47,396 bases of DNA from positions 1-47,396 of the forward strand of contig CAYLRB010000004.1 in the NCBI GenBank assembly GCA_964386265.1, written 5' to 3'. Each line of letters starts with the position of its first letter. Position 1 is the first letter of the stretch. Positions 36,810-44,300 of the stretch are shown piece after piece. The notes below the pieces were generated by a model. It made no database searches and was not told the origin of the DNA. It saw nothing but the letters and a program-made list of their open reading frames with translations. This stretch comes from an uncultured Candidatus Peribacteria bacterium (GTDB taxonomy: Bacteria; Patescibacteriota; Gracilibacteria; UBA1369; UM-FILTER-41-14). Both the position numbers and the translations under genes were made by a program.

Positions 36810-37799
36810 ATGACTTATTTAGTCGAGAGGCCAACATTGTTTGTTGTTGCAAGAAAAAATGATGTCATTGAGAAATATGGTGAAAATATTAGAATTCGCA
36901 ATTCAAATACAGCTGAACTTAGGAAGAAAGTACCAGCAATACATGTCAGAGATATTGTTGTTTGTGGTGATATAAATATTGATTCGACTGTGATTGTGCT
37001 TGCCGAAAAATACTCTATTCCAATTCACTTTTTAAGTAATGGCGGAAAATTCAGGGCATCAATCTACTTTGATTTTTCGAAAAATGTTTTTTTGAGATCA
37101 AAACAATTTGAAATGGCGAATAATATTAAAACAAAAGTAGATTTAGCTATTAACTTTGTTCAAGCCAAAATTTATAATCAAAATATCGCTTTGAGAAAAA
37201 TTAGAGCAAAAGGAAGGCTAAAGCCTAATTTGAATAAGATCATTGATTTAAATGTGTTAAGAGGTGTTGAAGGTGCATCTGCACAAAAGTATTTTTCAAT
37301 TTGGAAAATCGAAAGTGTAATTAAAAACAAAAATTTTAAATTCCAAGGTCGCTTTAAACGACCCGCTACGGATGAAGTAAATGCACTACTATCATTTTGT
37401 TTTTCACTATTGCATAGTGAGATACATACACAACTTATGATTGCTGGCTTGGATCCCTTTGTTGGTTTTTTGCACGAGCAATCATTTGGTCACTCTGCAT
37501 TAGCTAGCGACTTTTTAGAGACTTTTAGAGGTCCGGTTGAACACTTTGTTTGGAAGACTTTGAATCGAAAAGAATTTGATAAATCAGAGGATTTTGAGCG
37601 AGATGTAAGAAATGGTACAGTGCAGCTCTCAACAAAAGGGTTTAAGAAGTTTTTTCCTAAATGGACTAAATTTTTAAGAACTGACGAATTAAACCTTGGT
37701 TATAATTTAACTAGATTAATTGAAATTGATATTAGAAGTTTTGTCCATTTTTTAATGGGTGACAAAGAAGAACATACTCCATTTAAATGGCAAATATGA
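36810..37799 (+). CDS. cas1: Cas1 integrase
   Basis: The start is placed at ATG 36810 (MTYLVERPTLFVV); the GTG-initiated extension from 36756 overlaps cas4. LRGVEGASAQKYF (catalytic Glu region), NALLSFCFSLLHSE, GLDPFVGFLHEQSFGHSALASDFLETFR (His and acidic residues of the Cas1 active site). Confidence 0.85.
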   Translation: MTYLVERPTLFVVARKNDVIEKYGENIRIRNSNTAELRKKVPAIHVRDIVVCGDINIDSTVIVLAEKYSIPIHFLSNGGKFRASIYFDFSKNVFLRSKQFEMANNIKTKVDLAINFVQAKIYNQNIALRKIRAKGRLKPNLNKIIDLNVLRGVEGASAQKYFSIWKIESVIKNKNFKFQGRFKRPATDEVNALLSFCFSLLHSEIHTQLMIAGLDPFVGFLHEQSFGHSALASDFLETFRGPVEHFVWKTLNRKEFDKSEDFERDVRNGTVQLSTKGFKKFFPKWTKFLRTDELNLGYNLTRLIEIDIRSFVHFLMGDKEEHTPFKWQI

Positions 37800-38089
37800 G
37801 GGAGAGATTTTTTGTGATATACGATTTTGTTAGTGATAGTAGACGCGCAAAATTTGCGAAAATTTTAGAGAAATATGGTATAAGAATTCAGTATTCGGTA
37901 TTTGAATTCTCTTTAACTAAAGCTAGAAAAACAGAGCTGTTTGCAAAGATGAAACAAAATGATTTTTTGCGTAATAATAGACAAGAGTCAATAATGATAT
38001 TGCCAATTTCAAATGAATTTTTACGAAAAATCGAGAGATATGGTGATACAACTGATATATTTGATCAAGCTGGTATATTCTTAGTTTGA
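37787..38089 (+). CDS. cas2: Cas2
   Basis: FVIYDFVSDSRRAKFAKILEKYGIRIQYSVFEFSL is the classic Cas2 N-terminal beta-alpha-beta with catalytic Asp. The likely real start is ATG 37796, forming an ATGA overlap with the cas1 stop. Confidence 0.85.
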   Translation: MANMRERFFVIYDFVSDSRRAKFAKILEKYGIRIQYSVFEFSLTKARKTELFAKMKQNDFLRNNRQESIMILPISNEFLRKIERYGDTTDIFDQAGIFLV

Positions 38090-38423
38090 CTTTTTTACTA
38101 TTGTTTTATATCTTGTTTATGGTTCTTTAAATTTTGTTTCAACCACCTTTTAGATTTATTTAAAGGGGAAATGACACATTATTGAAGGATTGGCTTAGAT
38201 TCTAAACTGCCAATTATTTGGTTATTGATGCAAATGATTGGTTGTTTGGAATTAAAAGCGCCTATTCTAAGGATTTATCTTTATTTAAAGGTAATATACA
38301 GCTCTTTACGCGGAACAGAGGTTTGCATGATGTATTTGTTTGTCATATGGTAATGCTTGAAAATGTTTACATCAGACTGAATAAGACAAACCTTTTATTG
38401 ATCTTTTACAAGCTGTTTATGGA
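38090..38423 (+). other. CRISPR leader / non-coding region between cas2 and repeat 1
   Basis: 334 nt, AT-rich, with no credible ORF (the 75-aa track ORF runs into repeat 1). Contains promoter-like TTGCAT-17 nt-TATGGT (38323-38351) about 70 nt upstream of repeat 1. Confidence 0.6.
38189..38241 (+). ncRNA. candidate anti-repeat (tracrRNA/scoutRNA-like) element
   Basis: 38189-38199 ATTGGCTTAGA is the exact reverse complement of repeat nt 2-12. 38222-38230 TTATTGATG is the exact reverse complement of repeat nt 14-22. The two blocks lie in two alternative hairpins (38189-38214; 38210-38241). Transcript ends and strand are unknown. Confidence 0.3.
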
Positions 38424-39374
38424 GTCTAAGCCAATTCATCAATAAGCAAGTCATAGAAACCTATAAATGTACAAGGTGGATGGGCTATCATTGGTCTAAG
38501 CCAATTCATCAATAAGCAAGTCATAGAAACTGCCGTAGTAATACCCTTTTTCCCTTAACATCGTCTAAGCCAATTCATCAATAAGCAAGTCATAGAAACC
38601 TTTACTTTAATTCCAACAACTACTTAACATGGGTCTAAGCCAATTCATCAATAAGCAAGTCATAGAAACATGCGGCTTCGCTTTTTTGACGCAAAAGTTC
38701 CTCAGTCTAAGCCAATTCATCAATAAGCAAGTCATAGAAACATTGTTGAGACAAAGACCTTAATTCACCTACGGCAGTCTAAGCCAATTCATCAATAAGC
38801 AAGTCATAGAAACTACAATTATTATATAACTAAGCTCAGAAAGCTTGTCTAAGCCAATTCATCAATAAGCAAGTCATAGAAACATTAGCTGAAATACTAT
38901 TAGGTTTAATCACAAATGTCTAAGCCAATTCATCAATAAGCAAGTCATAGAAACATTAGCTTCTTCACGGTTGAGGACATGGTTTTTGTCTAAGCCAATT
39001 CATCAATAAGCAAGTCATAGAAACGTATGATAGGGTTACATTCATCATCTAACCCCACAGTCTAAGCCAATTCATCAATAAGCAAGTCATAGAAACTTAA
39101 AATACCGTCAGACGTTGAAACGCCTGGTCTAAGCCAATTCATCAATAAGCAAGTCATAGAAACTGGTCCTCTAACTGCTTAACGATCCGCTGAAAGTCTA
39201 AGCCAATTCATCAATAAGCAAGTCATAGAAACATTGAAGACGCGGAGGCCCTACTTCTCGATATAGTCTAAGCCAATTCATCAATAAGCAAGTCATAGAA
39301 ACCAGGAAGAGAAAGCTCTTTGTATCAAGCGGCCTTGGTCTAAGCCAATTCATCAATAAGCAAGTCATAGAAAC
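38424..39374 (+). CRISPR. CRISPR array, 14 identical 37-nt repeats and 13 spacers (30-35 nt)
   Basis: Repeat is GTCTAAGCCAATTCATCAATAAGCAAGTCATAGAAAC. Repeat starts are 38424, 38494, 38563, 38633, 38705, 38777, 38847, 38918, 38988, 39060, 39127, 39196, 39266 and 39338. Spacers 1-7: ctataaatgtacaaggtggatgggctatcattg; tgccgtagtaataccctttttcccttaacatc; ctttactttaattccaacaactacttaacatgg; atgcggcttcgcttttttgacgcaaaagttcctca; attgttgagacaaagaccttaattcacctacggca; tacaattattatataactaagctcagaaagctt; attagctgaaatactattaggtttaatcacaaat. Spacers 8-13: attagcttcttcacggttgaggacatggttttt; gtatgatagggttacattcatcatctaaccccaca; ttaaaataccgtcagacgttgaaacgcctg; tggtcctctaactgcttaacgatccgctgaaa; attgaagacgcggaggccctacttctcgatata; caggaagagaaagctctttgtatcaagcggccttg. 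The strand is tentative: co-oriented with the cas genes and the repeat ends in GAAAC. Confidence 0.97.
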
Positions 39375-39429
39375 ACTTTGATCAACTGAATAGATGATGT
39401 GTAATTTATTAGGTTCTTAATTTTAATAA

Positions 39430-39462
39430 ATAAAAAAAGATGAAAACTTGCATCTTCATCTT
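39430..39462 (-). terminator. intrinsic terminator of tRNA-Asn
   Basis: On the minus strand, AAGATGAA-GATGCAAGTT-TTCATCTT (8-bp stem, 10-nt loop, 39437-39462) is followed by TTTTTTTATTTATT. It starts 4 nt after the tRNA CCA end. Confidence 0.65.
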
Positions 39463-39465
39463 GAA

Positions 39466-39540
39466 TGGCTCCCCGAGTTGGGCTCGAACCAACGACCTAC
39501 CGGTTAACAGCCGGTTGCTCTACCACTGAGCTATCGGGGA
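39466..39540 (-). tRNA. tRNA-Asn (anticodon GTT), CCA encoded
   Basis: Minus strand reads TCCCCGA-TA-GCTC-AGTGGTA-GAGC-A-ACCGG-CTGTTAA-CCGGT-AGGTC-GTTGG-TTCGAGC-CCAAC-TCGGGGA-G-CCA. This is a canonical cloverleaf with 7/4/5/5-bp stems, a TTCGAGC T-loop and anticodon loop CT-GTT-AA. Confidence 0.93.
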
Positions 39541-40748
39541 ATGTGGAGTTTGAATTTTAGTACTTCTCTTCCGACAATTTGTTGTGGACGAATGTATACT
39601 AAGCTTTGTTCATTCAAAGCCGCCTTAATATAGCCAAGTGCTTCAATCTTTTCAACAGTATTTTTCAAAAAATATAATTTACCTTCCATATATGATTCTG
39701 GGCTTGTTCTAAAGACAGGTAAACTAATTACGATTTCAGTGTTTTCGTTGATAACGCTTTTTAGGCTTTTAAAAAAGGAAACGTAAATTTTATCAATGTT
39801 GTCAAAGTTTTCTATGGAGCCGGGATGAGTGGGGTTGATAGCATGGTGCATAAGTTTGCCAAGATAGCCTTCGCTGACAATAGCATCTACTTTTTTCCAA
39901 TCGACTTGCGCATCTGCAATTTTTATAGCGTCTTGTTCAAAGATTTGGCAACTAAGTTCTGGTTTTAGTTGTTGTTTGAACTTTTGTTTTAGCCAGTCTA
40001 AGTTTAGCTGACTATCTTCAATTGCTTTTGGGTCAAGGTCGCTGCCGATTACGTTTAAGTTCATTAGCAGGCCTTCCATTAGAACTGTACCGATTCCACA
40101 GAACGGATCGTATACTGTACTGCCATCTTTTACCTGAGCTAGATTTAGTAAAGTTTGCGCTAATTTTGGCGGAAACATACCGCGTTGCATGTCACGAGCT
40201 GGTTTTTGATAGTCCCGAAAGCTGTAACTGTTTAAGTCTTGGAGACCAACAGTTTTAGTGATGAAAATTTTGTCTAATATTTTAATAACTTGAATAAGGT
40301 CGATTTTATTTTGTTTCCAGCCTTGATCGTATAGATAGGCAGTGTGGCAGTTTTTGTTGTTTTTGTTTAAAAACCTTACTTTGCCTTCGCCTTCTTGTTC
40401 TTTGGCAATTTTTTTCAACTTAAGCAAAACTTGCTGTTTTACCTTGGGGTGCGCCATGTGTTCAGGCAAATAGTTGACGGCGTATTGTCTTTTGATTGTG
40501 GTTTTTTGAATTTTTTGTACTATTGTGTCTGGGTTTCTGCAGTCTTGAAAATTTGTAATCGTATCAATGATTTTAGAAATTGCAGGTATGCTACCAATTT
40601 TATCGAGCCAAGTTTGATTTAATTCAACTTCTGTCTCGAGCATGACCCATTCTTCATAATGATCAATAATCTTGCAGTCTGGCAAAGTTGCTTGCAGTTC
40701 GGCAATTGCAAATTCAGGTTGGCGACCACATTGAACTAAATATTGCAT
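39531..40748 (-). CDS. SAM-dependent RNA methyltransferase (UPF0020/Trm11-RlmL-like, putative guanine-N2)
   Basis: VYDPFCGIGTVLMEG (motif I, DPFCGSGT type) followed by VIGSDLD (motif II acidic residue). The N-terminal ~190 aa may be an RNA-binding module. The last 10 nt, including the stop, overlap the 5' end of tRNA-Asn. Confidence 0.55.
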   Translation of the reverse strand: MQYLVQCGRQPEFAIAELQATLPDCKIIDHYEEWVMLETEVELNQTWLDKIGSIPAISKIIDTITNFQDCRNPDTIVQKIQKTTIKRQYAVNYLPEHMAHPKVKQQVLLKLKKIAKEQEGEGKVRFLNKNNKNCHTAYLYDQGWKQNKIDLIQVIKILDKIFITKTVGLQDLNSYSFRDYQKPARDMQRGMFPPKLAQTLLNLAQVKDGSTVYDPFCGIGTVLMEGLLMNLNVIGSDLDPKAIEDSQLNLDWLKQKFKQQLKPELSCQIFEQDAIKIADAQVDWKKVDAIVSEGYLGKLMHHAINPTHPGSIENFDNIDKIYVSFFKSLKSVINENTEIVISLPVFRTSPESYMEGKLYFLKNTVEKIEALGYIKAALNEQSLVYIRPQQIVGREVLKFKLHIPR

Positions 40749-40752
40749 GATA

Positions 40753-41061
40753 TTATTTGATTATTGTGGCTAACTCTCCTGCTTCGTGCATTTCTTTCAT
40801 TATATCGTAGCCACCAATCAACTCTCCTTTTATGTACAGCTGAGGAAATGTTGGCCAATTGCTATAAATTTTTAAACCTTGGCGAACCTCTTCATCTTGA
40901 AGAATGTCAAATGTCTCATAGTCGGCACCATGAAAATTGAGAATGTCTAATGCTTTAGCTGAAAAACCGCATTGTGGCCAGAGTTTATTCCCTTTCATAA
41001 ATAAAAGTATATCGTTGCCTTGAATAATTTGTTCGATCTTTAAACGAATTTCTTCATTCAT
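40753..41061 (-). CDS. grxD: monothiol glutaredoxin (Grx4 family)
   Basis: CGFS active site (PQCGFSAKA), WPTFPQLYIKGELIGGYDI. Confidence 0.85.
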   Translation of the reverse strand: MNEEIRLKIEQIIQGNDILLFMKGNKLWPQCGFSAKALDILNFHGADYETFDILQDEEVRQGLKIYSNWPTFPQLYIKGELIGGYDIMKEMHEAGELATIIK

Positions 41062-41284
41062 GTGACTTTGTTTCTAAAGTTAGAGCGTGAATTGTATCAT
41101 TATTTAGTAGGCTTTGTAAAGCACCGTATACTAACTGATGTTGTTTGAGACGGTTTAAATCGCTAAATTTGTTGCTTACGACTTTAATTGCGAAATGACG
41201 GTCATCGTTAGTGCTGATTGTGAAATGTCCATCTGGAAATTCCGCTTCAAGCAGTTCGGTAATTTTTGAATTTAGGTTTTGCAT
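41054..41284 (-). CDS. BolA family protein
   Basis: 76 aa. DDRHFAIKVVSNKFSDLNRLKQHQLVYGAL matches the BolA H-F..V.S..F.G...RH..VY pattern. Overlaps the grx gene by 8 nt, the classic BolA-Grx pair. Confidence 0.75.
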   Translation of the reverse strand: MQNLNSKITELLEAEFPDGHFTISTNDDRHFAIKVVSNKFSDLNRLKQHQLVYGALQSLLNNDTIHALTLETKSHE

Positions 41285-41320
41285 ATTTATATTGTACTAA
41301 ATTTTTTTATTTTGAGAACC

Positions 41321-41348
41321 AAAAAAGTCACCCCGGGGTGACTTTTTT
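41321..41348. terminator. bidirectional intrinsic terminator (after nrdJ)
   Basis: AAAAAAGTCACC-CCGG-GGTGACTTTTTT is a perfect 12-bp stem flanked by A6/T6, 23 nt downstream of the nrdJ stop. Confidence 0.75.
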
Positions 41349-41370
41349 GGTTTAATCTTTTTAGTTTTTG

Positions 41371-44300
41371 TTATGAGCAGCCTTCAGAGTTGCCGCAATT
41401 TAAACACTTGTAGCATGAGCCGTTGCGAACTGTGATGTGACCACATGTGCTACATGCTGGTGCATCACCCATCATACTTTTTAAGTGTTGGTCGTTTAGG
41501 TCTTCTTGTTTGTTTGAGGCGTTTTGCTCAACTGTAATTGCTTGTTTTATCTTATCTAATTGTTCATCCCCTCCCCCTGTGCCCCCACCAGTATTCACCG
41601 GCGAGGTGCCAGGGGTTTTTGTATTTGTATTTGTTTTTAACAAGGAATGATACTTAGCGATCGTCTCCACTCTCGTGATCTCCGGTTTAACATGAACAAA
41701 ATCTGTTCTGTTTAGGTATTCCATACCTAGTACTCGGAAAATAAAATCTAATATTGAAGTTGCTGATTTTACATTGTCATGGTTTGTCATACCGGATGGT
41801 TCAAACCGTGTGAATGTGAATTTTTCTACATAAGTGTCTAGTGGTACGCCGTATTGCAAGCCAATTGAAATGGCAACTGCAAGTGAGTTTAGTAAGCTTC
41901 TGTAAGATGCGCCTTCTTTGAACATGTCGATAAATACTTCGCCAAGGCTGCCGTCTTCGTACTCTCCTGTTCGTACATGTATTTTTTGGCCACCAATGTT
42001 CGATTCGATAGTTAAACCTTCACGTTTTGTAGGTAGTTTGCGTTTCAAACTGCGTTGACGAGCCTCTTTTAATTGATTTAGCTCGGCAATTGCTGTGTCT
42101 AGTTTTGTTTGTAGTTCTGTTACAAGTTCGCTTACTTCAGCTCCTGAGGCACTACTTGTGTTTAATGGTTGAGATAGTTTACTTCCGTCACGGTATAAGG
42201 CGTTTGCTTTGATCCCTAGTTTCCAGCTTTCTAAATATGCACCTTTAATTTCTTCTACTGTTGCTTCATTTGGCATGTTGATTGTTTTGCTGATTGCTCC
42301 ACTTATAAACGGTTGAGCAGCTGCCATCATGTGGATATGTCCGTTGTGGTGAATAAAGCGTTTTCCAATTGATCCACACTTGTTTGCGCAGTCAAATACT
42401 GGTAGGTGTTCGTCTTTCAAATGTGGTGCTCCTTCAACCGTCATACTTCCGCAGATAATATGGTTTGCTGTTGCGATTTGTTCTTCTGTAAATCCAAGTG
42501 CTTTAAGTAGATTGAATCCAGGTTGTGAAGTTTTGTCTTTATCAAAACCTAGTTTAGTCATATTTTCTTCTCCTAGTACCCAAGCTTGGAATGCATCACC
42601 TAGGCTGAATGATTTAACAAGCTGCTGTTCGATTATTGCAAACATCTCTTCGGTAAATCCTTTTGGAGCTAGGCTTGCTCGGTTAATATCTGACTTGTTC
42701 GTTAGTGACAATGTACCTAGTACGTAGTCTAGTATTTCTTTGCGTTCTGTTTGATTGTAGCCAAGATTTTTGAGAGCTGGTTCTACAGATTGATTGATGA
42801 TTTTGAAATAGCCACCACCTGCTAATTTTTTGAATTTAACTAGAGCGAAGTCAGGTTCAATGCCTGTCGTATCGCAATCCATAAGGAGGCCGATAGTTCC
42901 TGTTGGTGCAATTACTGTTGTTTGCGCATTGCGATAACCATGTTCTTCCCCTTGTGTAAGTGCAGCATCCCAACTTTGTTGAGCAGCTTTTAGTAGATAT
43001 TCTGGGCAGTGTTGAGGATTGATTGCTACTGGTTTAATTCTTAGGTTTTCGTATTCTTCGGCAGGAGCGTTGTATGCAGCTCGACGGTGGTTGCGCATTA
43101 CTTTTAGCATTGGTTCTCGATTTTCTTCGTATCCTGGGAATGGGCCTAGTGCTTCAGATAGCTCAGCGCTAGTTGCGTATGAGTCACCTGTTAATATTGC
43201 TGTTATTGCTCCGGCAATAGCTCGGCCTTCTTTTGAGTCATAAGGGATTCCTGCGATCATTAATACTGTACCAAGATTGGCATAGCCCAAGCCAAGTGTA
43301 CGGAATTTATATGATAATTCTGCAATTTCTTTACTTGGGAATTGTGCCATTAATACACTAATTTCTAATACGATTGTCCAAAGACGAATTGCATGTTTCA
43401 TGGCAGGCACATCGAATGTACAATTTTCTTGATCAAAGAAATGTATAAGATTTAGCGAAGCTAAATTACAAGCTGTGTTGTCCAAGAACATATATTCGCT
43501 GCATGGATTACTTGCGTTGATGCGGCCTGAGTTTGGACAGGTATGCCATTCATTGATTGTACCGTCGTATTGAACACCAGGGTCTGCACATGCCCAAGCT
43601 GCTTCGGCAATTTGATTCCAGAGGTCACGCGCTTTAACTGTTTTACAAACATGTCCATTAGTTCGCCATTTTAGTTGCCAATCGCTGTCTTGTTCGAGTG
43701 CGTCCATAAATTCGTGTGGAACGCGAACTGAATTGTTTGAGTTTTGACCTGCGACTGTGCGATAGGCTTCCCCATTAAAGTCGCTATCATAACCGGCTGC
43801 AATAAGTGCTGCTACTTTTTTCTCTTCATTTTTTTTCCAGTTAATAAACTCTTCAATATCTGGATGATCTAAGTCTAAACAAACCATTTTCGCTGCTCTT
43901 CTTGTTGTTCCTCCTGATTTAATTGCGCCTGCTGCGCTGTCGCCAATTTTTAAGAATGACATTAAACCAGATGAGTTGCCGCCGCCACTTAGTGGTTCGC
44001 CTTCGCCGCGTAAGTTAGAAAAATTTGTCCCTGTTCCTGACCCATATTTGAATAGGCGAGCTTCCCTAACCCAAAGATCCATTAGGCCACCTTCGTTAAC
44101 TAGATCGTCTTTAACTGCTTGGATAAAGCAAGCATGTGGTTGTGGATGGCTATATGAGTCGTCACTTTCTACAAGTACGCCAGTGTCTGGATCAACATAG
44201 TAATGACCTTGTGATGGGCCGTTGATGTCATATTTCCAGTGAAGACCGGTGTTGAACCACTGTGGAGAGTTTGGTGCAGCCATTTGTTTGACAAGCATGT

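Noticed and set aside
38355-38391. Possible degenerate repeat one spacer-length (32 nt) upstream of repeat 1, containing CATCA..AATAAG..ACAAAC
   Set aside because: Ungapped identity to the repeat is only 15/37, near background for AT-rich DNA, and it needs several indels to align. It is not sufficient to call a decayed repeat or to set array polarity.
38218-38445. 75-aa ORF from the six-frame track inside the cas2-array gap
   Set aside because: It has a TTG start and low-complexity sequence, and it reads through into the first CRISPR repeat. The region is better explained as leader/non-coding RNA.
38424-39374. Self-targeting spacers against this window
   Set aside because: No spacer matched other parts of the window on visual scanning. 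This is not an exhaustive search and says nothing about the rest of the genome.
39413-39447. Possible degenerate terminal repeat after the last spacer-length interval (starts GTTCT, ends GAAAAC)
   Set aside because: The preceding interval would be 38 nt, outside the 30-35 range. The middle is poly-A/T, and the segment overlaps the tRNA terminator hairpin, which explains the sequence better.
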